A stretch of DNA of 63,978 nt from Catajapyx aquilonaris (lineage: Eukaryota). Positions within the stretch are counted from its first letter, which is position 1; the number at the start of each line of letters is the position of its first letter. Of the stretch, positions 49,012 to 60,696 are shown one piece after another. A model generated the notes under the pieces. That model did no database searches and was not told the DNA's origin. It was given only the letters and a program-made list of their open reading frames with translations. Location: NCBI GenBank assembly GCA_000934665.2, contig KZ538488.1, forward strand, positions 1 to 63,978. Direction: 5' to 3'. Made by a program: the position numbers and the translations under genes.

Positions 49012-50532
49012 CTGTAACAAGTACCAACACATGAATGAGTACCAACACATGAATGAGAGATTGTGAACTGTATAGACACTGCTATGTCTATACAGGGTGT
49101 TTCAGAGTCACGGGTCAAGCGCGCGCGAGGGGATGGGGAAAAATCGTAGGTGGCGACAGCCCCGGTCGGTTTTATAAAAGAATTAGAAATATGGCAGTAA
49201 TCAATTGATTTATTACGGCCGTACGGCATGACGTCACATCCTTTCTGTATTCGAACTGACCGGCGCGGACTGGCAGATTCAGTGGTTTGAACCTGGTTGA
49301 ACGGGTTTTTAGCCTTGCGGGTTGCACTGAAAAAGGGCTCTCATGCCACACCGGCAGGGTACTGTACAACGTAGCGTACTACAGCTGTACAGTGGTGTGT
49401 TCAGTACCCTGCCAGTGTAGCATGAGAGCCCTTTTTCAGTGCAACCCGCAAGGCTAAAAACCCGTTCAACCAGGTTCAAACCACTGAATCTGCCAGTCCA
49501 CGCCGGTCAATTCGAATGCAGAAAGGATGTGACTTCACGCATTACGGCCGTAATAAATAAATTGATTACTGCCGTATTTCTAATTGTTTTATAAAACTGA
49601 TCGGGGTTGTCGCCACCTACGATTTTTCCCCACCCCCTCGTGTGCGCTTGACCTGTGTCTCTGAAACACCCTGTACAGTTCACAATCTCTCATCCAAAAC
49701 CCTAGATTTTTCAGAATTTGTAATTTTCCGATTTCAGAATGGTACAGGTATGTACTGTGCATACTGTCAAACGGGGTGGGATTGTGTCAGCTCATTTTTT
49801 TCGACAACATGCATGGCACCAAAAGCAAGCTATGGAACACAGATGACCTTCATGGAAAACTTTAGGTTGTCAGAGATTTTTATTTTCAGAATATCTGGAA
49901 TATTCATACAATATAATAGAGGTCCCGGCTGGTTTGCCAGCGATGGTACTCTCTCACTCGAGTGGTCCTCGGACCTGACTCGCATTTCTTGGTTGGACGG
50001 GGTTCTTGGGAAAACATCCCAACCCCGTCCCTGGGTTGGACCCGGCATTGCAGCTTAGCCGGGGCCAGCCCTCCTCTCCCCCACCCTTCTAACCCACCCC
50101 CCTACCTTGCAATCCCACACCTTCCTCTCCTAACCCCAGCTGCCACGGCTCGACTCAGAAAGAGCCGTACAAGCTGGGTAACCCTTCCAACCAACCAACA
50201 TTTTCAGAATTTCCGATAACATACTGTCAATTGTAGTCTTATCACTTACCCAATAGCATATTGAGTGTCATAACAGCGTCCTTGTAGCTGTTGCTGCAGC
50301 TGAGAAATTTCCCTCCTTTTCTCCACCATTGGTGGCAATGACTTACGTACATGTTCCTCCATGCGGAAGAAGGCTAGAGCGGGATCATTAGCTACATTGC
50401 TAATGTTCTCTGACAGCCTTCCTATGGCTGCAATATTGTACTGTTAGTAATTGTGTGCAGCCATGCATAATCAAATGTGCTCTTGCCTTTCTTTGTCACT
50501 GATGTCAACTCTGGGTCACGCTGCAGTGCCAT
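48904..50532 (-). CDS. BORCS8: BLOC-1-related complex subunit 8 (BORCS8/MEF2BNB homolog); complement(join(48904..49011,50250..50427,50487..50532)); 3' end unresolved
   Basis: Spliced translation: MALQRDPELTSVTKKAIGRLSENISNVANDPALAFFRMEEHVRKSLPPMVEKRREISQLQQQLQGRCYDTQYAIGAVHSMQNSSDTLSNILEMLKSAIFHKQQLQCEETRR. This matches the recalled BORCS8 signature (ANEPS.A.YR.QEHVR.SLP ... QG..YD.EY...AVK ... LK.AI..KQQL). Phases 1 and 2 are compatible. Confidence 0.9.
49020..49057. repeat. 18-bp tandem duplication AGTACCAACACATGAATG x2
   Basis: Directly visible, just upstream (minus strand) of the BORCS8 acceptor at 49012. Confidence 0.9.
49093..49673. mobile_element. Tc1/mariner-type foldback MITE, 581 bp, TA TSD, inside a BORCS8 intron
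   Basis: TA|CAGGGTGTTTCAGAG...CTCTGAAACACCCTG|TA; arms 49093..49368 and 49398..49673 (276 bp each). Confidence 0.92.
50250..50427 (-). CDS. BORCS8: BORCS8 exon (178 nt)
   Basis: ttgcag|CC..GG|gtaagt; IGRLSENISNVANDPALAFFRMEEHVRKSLPP...YDTQYAI. Confidence 0.92.
50487..50532 (-). CDS. BORCS8: BORCS8 first recognisable coding exon (MALQRDPELTSVTKK), followed by a GC donor
   Basis: gctATGg start; AAG|GCAAGA donor; 59-nt intron ending ttgcag; restores the frame of the next exon. Confidence 0.8.
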
Positions 50533-51135
50533 AGCTGCAGACCTTGGTGCTCCACCTGCCAGTAGTGTTTCACATCATTGTCATGCAAATAACAGAATCT
50601 TACGGTATGATTTTTAAAAAGTTTTCTTGTAACTGAATCAGTCCCATTCACAAGGTTGATGACAAGCCATTTTGCATGTAGCAAACTAGGATAACATCCC
50701 ATGTTGGCCTAAAATTGAGTCAAATTGGACTTCCAGTACCGTACATATTCATACTAGAGAATAAATTTTATCATGACAAATTATGTAACTTTGTGATAAG
50801 TTGGATATTGTACCAAAGTTGGTACAAGCATAATATAGGCCTACTATTTTCTGGAATTGTCAGCATTCAGTACTTTGGAGGAATGCAAAAGGAAAATAAT
50901 TGACTACAGTTACTGAAAATGGGCAGTATGAAAATTCAGTGTGCCTTGAATTATCTATTTCTGTAAAGGAAGTTTTTATGTTCTCACAAATTCACTAGAA
51001 CAAAAAAATGATTCCATAATATCCATATCACACCAGAATTTCATACATGGTATAAGCCTACTTGTGATATGCGCCTCAAAAGGATGGGGTTTCTTAAAAC
51101 ACCCTGATCAGCAGCAATGTGAACAAATGCTAATA

Positions 51136-51238
51136 CAGTAAAACATGTCCCATAGCAGAATCACATGGAACCCTAAAACATTTCCACAACGGACAAGTTT
51201 CCGCTATACCCAGGGTCCGTAATGGACAAATTTCACTG
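51136..51238. mobile_element. Tiny degenerate pogo/Tigger-like MITE with TA TSD
   Basis: TA|CAGTAAAACATGTCC...GGACAAATTTCACTG|TA. Confidence 0.55.
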
Positions 51239-54200
51239 TAAAATTAGAGAAGGAAGAAAAGCGCATATCATCTGATGAAAAGAACATGCAAAGAAAATGC
51301 AATTTCTGACCCTTCATTGCAGATGGCATTTTTATCCCCCCCAAAAATGACTACTGGCATTTAACCCACGTTTCTGCTGGTTATGGTAGCCGAAAAAAAA
51401 TAATGTTCTCTTGAGACACACAAAACGAGCTACAAGATTCAGGTCAATTTGTCACCAACCAACCTGCTCGACGCATGTCCTCTACATGCACCATTTGCCC
51501 GTCCCTGTACTGTACTCTATAATACCCTTTATACAGTACCAATACCAAATAAACCCTTGCTTCACCGTAATCTGATGCACTAGTGGCTCTGGTTCAACCG
51601 TCCCTACTTTCAATAACCTTCCCGTATTTCCCGCACTGTCACATTCCCCTATTCAAACACTCATTCCTCATTCCAGAATCCCCTGAATCCGAACCACTCT
51701 GCTGAACCGTGTCACCACCTCGTAGCTAGAAATGGCAATGGCATGAGAGCCAAGAAAGTGCTGCCCCGAAGCGGATTTTTGGTGGGCCAGTTCAGCCCGG
51801 CAGACGTAGCCCAGGCTCAGGGTAGTGTGGTTCATTTTATATTGGGCTCGAGCAAGCTGACCAACGTTTGACCTGGCGCGACCCCTCAGCATGACATGAC
51901 ATGAGGTGAGGGTGGCTGCAGTCAGAGCTGGTGTGGGTCCGGTAGAGGTCATCACCGCGTCGCAGGTGACCACCCATGTGCTTGGTCAGTGCTTGAGCAG
52001 CTGGGTCCGTGGCCACCTAACTACACCGCTATGCCACTTCTCATCTGGTGAGCTTGTCAACTGTCAACTGTTTGCTCTTGGCAGACGACGTCAGATAGTG
52101 GCAGATATGCATGTGGCTGAGGTTGTGCTGTTATGTGCTCACTGTCTTTGAGGGGTTTGGTAATTGTTGACCTGTTGAATCATACAATTTGGAGGGTTGA
52201 ACACTGGCAGTTTGTATGAATGGGACTACAGGTGTCATGCAGTATTTTCAAATTTAGTGGGAGGATTTGTCCAGTTGTGCTGGGAACATGGGTGGTAATG
52301 GTGTAAAAGTGGGTTTGACATTTATGGATCTTGTTTTGTTTCTTGTTTTTATTGTGTAGTACCAGTAGTACCTCCTCAGCTGTAGTAGTGTCATTCTTGC
52401 ATATTTTGTTTGTGGCTTTGCTTTTCTTGGGTGCATAACAAATAATGTGCAACTGTCACATGTTGGTAATTAACTAGTGACACGCACAATAAATTTGATA
52501 AGCACATTTGTGTCGGCTGTTTATTTTCACGCTGTCATAATATGTTAGTACCTGTTAGTATTAAAGGTCAATATGGTCACCTGCATAATGTTGATATATT
52601 GTATGAATATGTACTACAATCTGATTCTAGATGCATCTATTTTTAACTGTTGTCATTCATATGACTTTTAGCTAGTAAATCCAAGCTTAAATTTTTTAAG
52701 TATGTTTAATAATGAAGAGCATGTATGTAATTGAGACCAAAAATAGTATTGTAATCAGGGGACCATGGCGTTATCAATATGTCCAATGGCAGCCGCCACA
52801 CTCGTTTTATTTGTGTATTTCCCCAGTGGGCATTGAATGCAGCCTGGAAAAGGTACATAAGAATTGAAAACTCACAAAAGGTTATTGTGGGATGAGAAGC
52901 TTTGGGTGCCTCTCCACAGGACAGTAGCCTAACATAGATGGTCTAGCGTTGAAGTGCTGACACTACAATGAATAGAAATTCACTCATATACACACAAAAA
53001 TGTGAGTCACCCATGTGTGTCTCCGGCAGTGATACAATGCCTGTGTTGCATGGTTTATGACACGATTCGTTTGGAAAAGAGGGAAAGAGGTTGTAGGCAA
53101 AAGTAATTATGTTCATAAACCATAGAGAACCTTGCTAGCAGTAATTCCGGATAGCTGACAGACTGGCTGCTACTAATTGCTATTGTAATTCAGGTGCTGT
53201 TATATTGCCCCTTTCCCCCTACATTATGCAGCAGGTGTATTAATTTCACACTGATATTAGCTGAGTAATATATACTGAAGTGATTATCTCTCATTCTCAT
53301 GACTATGGACTATGAAGGTGTAAAATATTTTGGATATATTTATTTTATTTATTTATTTATGATACCCCGTTCGAGGGCTGAGCCCTTTTTGGGGGACTTT
53401 TGGGTATATTTTACTGTAGGATTTCTCCACATAATATTTTAAAGATAAATTAATCTAATTCCAAAATCAACAACTGTTTGAATACAAAATTATTAAGTGT
53501 TTCCATACTTTATTAAACTAGCAGTGCCAACACCAATGACTATAAATGCCATGAAATGAAATTGCCCAAATTGTTTGACCTTCCTACTGCCAAAGTTGCA
53601 GCCTGTGGGACCCAAAATAGCCAGCGTGATTAAATGTACCCCATTGTTTATTGCCATCAGGTAATGTGCCTGTCAAGATAGCAGTAGAATAGCAGATTGT
53701 GTTTGCAGTTTGCAGCAGGAGGTTTGCTATATATTCTATGATGGGGTGGGAGAGTGCACTGCTTGGCAAATAAAACAAGGAGATGGAAACCATAAAGGTA
53801 GTTTTCTTCATGAATTACCAAGCAGTGGCATAGAGTTCTTTATAAAAAAATCAAGGTCCTGCAGCTGAAATGTTGTGGCGGATTTGTTTAATCAATTTTG
53901 GCTCTCAGTCAGATGAGCTTTGAGGCCATAATTACATGTGATAGCAGCTTAAGTAGTACTATTCTGAAAATTTACATATTATGATCTAACAATACTGCCC
54001 CTGAGTTGAATGAATTACGTTGAAGATGAATTATTGAATAGCATATGCCTGATTTGGGACACAAGAGTAGTTGTAGCATAATTATGATGTAGGCAATATT
54101 TTTCCATGTGAAAATTGCACATCGGTATTGCAGAAACAGGAGCTTCCATTAGTGGAACAAACAATAGCCATTTAGAGAATAATATGCCTGTCATACAGAA

Positions 54201-56554
54201 TAGTCTATACCTATAGTAGTCGAGTAAGCAGTTGCCTACCTGTACATAGCTCGTATATTTTATCACCCCAATTTTGTTGCCCAATACCATTTTAATGACT
54301 GAGGACAGTGAGGAGAGACCCTTGCCAAAGTGGTTCACTGGCCAGTATTTCAAAATCGGAATTAATGGCGCCATAATATGAATCTTATCGCCAACTAGGG
54401 CGGTCACCATTGGTTTACACTATCACATTGCTATAGAAACACATGCCTTTTTTTGCAAGCAACTTGTGTGAATCCCGCGTTTCATATTATAAAAGGACAT
54501 TTACATATGCTTAGTTGCATGATTCACCTTGAGATGTCGTACCGGTCCTATGGGAGACGACCCTATTTTATATTCATCCCTTCCGAAGTTGGGCAACTTG
54601 GGCAAATCAACTATTACAACATTCGTCGATCTATTACACACGGCAGCTGCTGGCGTAATGAGACGAGGTTGAGTCGGACAACAGCCGCCGAATTGTTGTC
54701 GGGAAAGGATGTGAGACGGGCCCATCAAATGCGATAGTGTTTCCTTAGAACGCTGTTCAGGCTTAGAGCTGTGGCCTAAACGAGATGAATAGGCGCCACT
54801 GGCTCGTAGAATGACCCTCTCTGGCAAGGTCTCTCGGTGGTGTCACCATAGATGCTCTTTCATTACCGGCCTTCCAACATTGGATACCAAAGTGCTTCTA
54901 GATAGCCTAGGTCAGGGGGGCGTACCCTGGAAGGACTGAGCTATTATGCAGGGTGAGGCAGAAGTGTTGTGCGAGGCTTCATAGGCGTGGGGTTACGTTT
55001 TGTGTGTGTCAAACATATACAGTGGTTGTGTTGAATGTACAGATTATGATATAAGCATATACATTCCGCGAAACTCTTTCGTAATAGACAAGTTTCTGCT
55101 ATATCGGACCACTCGATTATAGGACTAATTACAGACGCATCAGTGGGTGATCCCTTTAGAAACGGAGTCACTCCCGCCACCTCTTCGCCCACGGGAGCGA
55201 TTTTTCACGCCCGCGCTCCGCTCGGACCCCTCATTTGTCGAACCGCTCCCGGTTTGGCGACTATGTAACGCCTTCATGCAGTATTAATTCTGCAATTTAC
55301 GCAGTGTTTTCCTTGCTCTGAGACCTAAAATGCTGCCCGTATCCGCATTAGATAAGAACACTGCTGCGAGTAGTTTCTGCTACATACAGAGATAACGCAT
55401 TAGAATTGAAATTGATCGTAAATGGAAAACGAAATATTGAACCGGCATCCATCGTTATAAGCGCAGAATTCCACCCCAAGCGGAACGGAATATAGCAATA
55501 TTTTCCCGCCACCGAACGATTGCGTCACGGACCGGCGTTATTAAGCCCACTTTGGTATTACCATATCGTGGGCAGGTACAGGGACTGAGGCAGCTCTCCG
55601 GGAAACTGCGTGACGTCATGTGTTAGATTACCACCTTGCTAATTTCCCTGCACCTTGTCGGCCTGCTATCGGCGACCGATGGCGTCACGGTATCCAGGCC
55701 GCTGAGGGCGATGCCCCACCTTGTTTGGAGCGGGTCTGACCCAGCCGCCGATTGTTGTCGCATTTCTGATGATAACATTCCATTGATTTGCTTTAAATTC
55801 TGGGATGGAGACTGCGACAGTGCTGCTTTAATACTTGAGTCTTGGACGTATGCAATCATGATGTTACTATATACTATGTTTTATCGGGGAAAGAATGCCA
55901 TAAAGCTTATCTGTAACCTCGATCTGATCTCAGAATTCCACGCGGGTTTGTTTCTGTTGTCTGGAGATACTTAGATATGAGTGGGATGATTATGCACATG
56001 AGTGCCTCGCAGCTTGACAAATGATCTACAGGTTAGATGTAACGTGACCGAAGTACGATTATAGTCAGACACTGCTGGTAGTACTGCATGTTTGTACAGT
56101 GGAAGCTGGGTGTTGATTGTATTTTTGACACACCGTACTTAGCACCTGGTCACACTGTACGTTCTGAAGCGAAAGTAGCATTTTCAAATAGCGTCGGTTG
56201 GTGACCAGTTACGCTCATTGTACAGTGTGCGTCATCTGTAGTAGTGAGACGTGTTAAAAAAATGTGCCCATAGCAACAGCAGACATGGAGTGCGGTGACT
56301 TCCATCGAGGTCGATGTGTGAGATGTTTCTTGGAGTTACTAATATGGTTCCCACCCCCTGTTCTCCTCTACCCCGACTCCCATGGGCGCCAGCTCCCAGC
56401 TCCAGACAATAGTTGTCACAACCCAATTTTTGCGGACCCCTCTGAGTGAGATCCGAGCCTGTGATCGGATCCGGCAGGTACATCTGACATGGCGACAAAA
56501 GGAAGTATTGGTGAGCCGGTAGTATTTACCAAGTCCTTTTGTCCCGTCAGTAGA

Positions 56555-56661
56555 GGGGGGGGGGGGAGAGAGAGAGAGAGAGAGAGAGAGAATAATGGGA
56601 GGAATACTCTTTCAGGACTGATATCCGGAATCGTGTATTATTATTGTTGTTATTATTATTA

Positions 56662-56720
<59 letters not shown>
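56555..56720. repeat. Compound simple repeats: G run, (GA)n 56566..56591, (TAT)n 56636..56720
   Basis: Directly visible. Confidence 0.95.
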
Positions 56721-56721
<1 letters not shown>

Positions 56722-58510
56722 TATTAGCAGTTTCTTTTTGTTTACATTTAACATTATGTAACTGGCAAGTGTGCAGTGATTCATGATTTTTGCATGCCAG
56801 CCATTTGGTGATATTTTTAGCTGCTGATTCAGTTTTTAAAAAGCCCCCCCAAGCAGAATATCGAAAGCAGGTGCATCTTGAGGAAACAGCTAGTTTGCAT
56901 ATGGCGAAAGCCTTGACTTTTATTTGATCACTGCGGGCTTCAGTGTTTCTTGCATAGATCTGCGTCAGTAATACAATCTGGGACTATGATGGCAGGGTAA
57001 AAAAGGATATCCTGCTATAAATGTCAAAAAAACTGAAGGAGAGGGATAACCTTATTTGACAATACGATATTAATTCGTTGGTTGAAGCATTGGGAAGTAT
57101 TTTTAGAGTTGCAGACCCAGGACGGATGATATCAATGCCTGTAAAGATATGACGGCGTATATTTAATTGTCGGTTTGTTGTTATTAATTGTGTGGTGCAC
57201 AATGAACAACACTGAAATATGGCCTGTTAATATTTTACAGGCGTTGATACAGTTCTGCCATATAGTAACTCGTGAAGGTATTCATTCAGCTTCTTTTGAT
57301 TTCTGGGGCACCCTGTACAGGGACGATGTAAGTGTGGCGTGCGGTTTTTATGACTCTGGTTGAAATCATAACAGGAAAAAGAAGCCTGGTTTATGTCTGT
57401 AACAATCTTGTTAGCGACTTTAATCCGAGTGCTGTCTGAGGAAGCTTTGTAAAATACAATATGACGAGGTATGTTGGTCAAGGTCACAATGCCTTTATAT
57501 CTGTATTTTTTGTGACCACAAACTGTGATTTCGGTTATATGATCAGAATTCCGAGATATAAATAATCCATATAGGGATGTCGAAAATGTGGCGACATTCG
57601 GTGAGGTTTTAAGGGATCTTGACATCCTCAGAGGGATTGAAATCTGCCCAATTGCGCAGGTTGCATGGTGCATGTTACTAGCTCATATTTTTTCCGTCGG
57701 AACGAATGTCTTTAACAAAACACCATAATTCGTAAACAATAATGCCTACTCATGTGAAAAGCTTTTGTTTAGTAATTAAAAGCGTTGCATTGTTTTTGTT
57801 TGATTCTTGAACTGGTCTTCGAGTGATTCGTTCATCAGATGTAGCTGGAAATATAATGGACGAAGTATGTAACTTGCATGACGCTATATACCAAGGATTA
57901 TGTTGGTAGAAGGTAATGAAGTCAGCTGAAGCCATATATATCGGCAACATGAATAAGACTATGCCCTTAAAAAATTGTGCACTTTAAAAGAATTTGATAG
58001 CGTGCTTTGAAAGAGGGATTCATAAAGTGTACGACTCGTTTATTAACCACGTATGGCAGTATTTGTTAAGTTAGTTTTCAACTTCGAATATATTTAAGCC
58101 ACTAATGAATCTCGGGTATTTCGCGCAGAAGCACCTGTAGTCAATTCAGGATATTATGGAGCTGGGAATACAGTAAATATTTTCCTTCCGCATATTGTGC
58201 ATCTTTTAGAATCCTGTATACAGTGCATATTGCAGAGATACTTGCAACTTGCATGACAAAGTCTGGCCTGGTACGACATGTGAGGATTGTTGTTAGCTAG
58301 ATCTTGCATCTATATAAAACTATAATCTGTTCTAAGATTATTCCGACGTTATCTCGTTCGAAAATGTCGTTGCAGAGCACTGTTGAAGATAACACTAATC
58401 GTGTAGCTATTTTGGGCAACGTGGATGTGAGAAGGAATGCATATTTTTTTGTACACGGTAGGAAATGTCTCAGGTTGCTTAGCATGTCCTATAGTTAGTG
58501 CATACCGTAT

Positions 58511-59260
58511 GGGTCATTCCATGTCAACTCAGCCAGCTTTTAAGGAGAATTGACTCTTGAGTTGTCAGATCATGACGAAAAACGGCACATCGGTTTAGTT
58601 ATGTCCAACAAGAATAACATTTGCGCGGTTTTGCGATTTATCCCCCCCCCCCTTCCGGAGATACGCCCACCCGAAAAAAACGACCATTTCGTAAAATATC
58701 GTTTCAGAAATCGGTCATATCTTGTGAACCAATTGAGCTACAGACGTCTTCGACCACTCCATTGGAAAGGATTCGAAAGACCAATCTGCTTACAGCATTA
58801 AAAATACGGATTTTGACTTTTTGTTAAATTTTGTTCCACTTTGAAAGTTTTGCAATTTAAAAAAAGAAGTTCATATAAACTTAAAAACCCGATTTTTAAA
58901 TATGTTGTAGCTCAGACCTTCTCTTAAACATAGGAAAAGTATGTAAGTAGTCATTTTCCATTTAAGGAAGAAAATTGCAATTGAAGGAACCCGTATGCGC
59001 CCAAATTAGACCGGGCTCCAAATCTCACATCGTTCATGTTGGAAGCAGAATTGGAAACAAGTTTAAACCAAGCCTTTTTAGACTAATTAAACCCCGCTGA
59101 TTTTGAAAATTGACGTTATAGCTAAGGATATTTGGGCCTTGTGACCTAAAAACAAGATGCAATCGAACAACCGCACTTGTGGGACGTACCTAAACCGATG
59201 TGCCGTTTTTCGTCATGATCTGACAACCCAAGGGCTCGGTGAACTGACATGGAATGACCC
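58511..59260. mobile_element. Non-autonomous DNA transposon, about 750 bp, bipartite TIRs
   Basis: GGGTCATTCCATGTCA...TGACATGGAATGACCC termini plus a 57-bp subterminal IR (58556..58612 and 59176..59232); flanks GTAT/ATAT (imperfect 4-bp or TA TSD). Confidence 0.85.
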
Positions 59261-59261
59261 A

Positions 59262-59333
<72 letters not shown>
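59262..59333. repeat. (TAT)n microsatellite abutting the transposon end
   Basis: Directly visible. Confidence 0.95.
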
Positions 59334-59334
<1 letters not shown>

Positions 59335-60640
59335 GTCTGTTTATAGTAGGGCGTTTCAATAAGTAGGACAAGTGATTATTTTTTTTTGCTTCCCATATTG
59401 CATCTATCAGAAAATTGAAATACACTGAGATATGAATGCCCTGCTGATTTTGTGTCTGCACACTCTGCAGGAGAAGCAAAACAATGATGACCCTGGTTGT
59501 AGTTGTGTTCACTTAAAAGTGAGTAGTGAGCGTTGTTTTTACTCCGGGAAATAGGTCGGAAACCTGCTGAGATTCATCAGGAGACAGGCGAACCTTAAAC
59601 CGAACTATTTCAACTTTTTTTATAAACTGGTAGGAAGAAAGTTAAACATTGGACGTCGAACTCTAATCCGCATGTGCACGGGTGCCTCCATCATACGCTA
59701 AAAAAATCTTCGGCACTTTCCTGGAAAATCATTGGAAAGGTTTCCGAGATTATATATTACTCGGGAAACTCTACTGAAACTAGACTCATCTTACTCATTC
59801 CGGCTAGGTCCGCGGTTAGGTTTCCCCAAGTCGGGAACTTTCCAATCCTGTGGAAATGTGACTGCCTAAGGTATATTTTAGTGTTTTAATGGGATAAATT
59901 ATGAGAGTAATAGAGAGGTGCACCTAGACTGTGCAAATAAGTAAGTGATAATGATAATTGTTGAAAATAAATTTCTAGAGATATAAATAGCCAAAATTAG
60001 TAGCTCTGAGAAGGATGCATTCTCCAGTTAGTCTTCTTCTATGCATTTTTAATATTAAAAAGTCGAATGCTGCAGTGCAGTATGAGGGGGGGGGGTATTC
60101 TTTACAGTAAAAAGCTGCCCATGCACCTATATGATGTGCCATCACTTATAGGGTATGTAGAGAAGGCTACTGACCAATGACCTCCTCCGAATAAAAGGCA
60201 GATGTTACGAATTCCCCCCCCCCCCTCCTAAGTGGCAAGGTGAACACATGTTGGGGTGTGCTCGTAAATATTTTATTATACGCTTAAGTCATATAACAAT
60301 ATTATCACGAATAATTTCCTGAATATTATTTGGAACATGAAGTAGAAGTCCATCCTTCGACTTAATAAGAGAGTGGAAAAAGAAGCTTGAGTTATTAGCA
60401 GGCAGCTAACAAATGGAGACTGATGGGGCTAATATAAGCTAACATTATGCAGGCTATGGTTCGGCTGATAGTGACTGTGAACTCTGATTCATGATTGAAA
60501 CCATTATGTAGAGTCCCCGGCCACAAGTTTTTGTCTGCGAGAAGCACGATAGAAGAGTCTGGGGGTCCGTTTCCGCTGATATAGTGGCGGAAGTTTCATT
60601 GACCAATTGTTGGCGTGAATTAGGGAAAAGTGATACTTTG

Positions 60641-60642
<2 letters not shown>

Positions 60643-60690
<48 letters not shown>
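60643..60690. repeat. (AG)24 microsatellite
   Basis: Directly visible. Confidence 0.95.

Positions 60691-60696
<6 letters not shown>

Noticed and set aside
51668..52450. GC-richer block that may be a decayed retroelement
   Set aside because: No RT or endonuclease motif, TSD or tail identifiable
54501..57673. ORFs 54501..54827, 55623..55859, 55636..55974 and 57227..57673
   Set aside because: No recognisable homology or coherent exon chain
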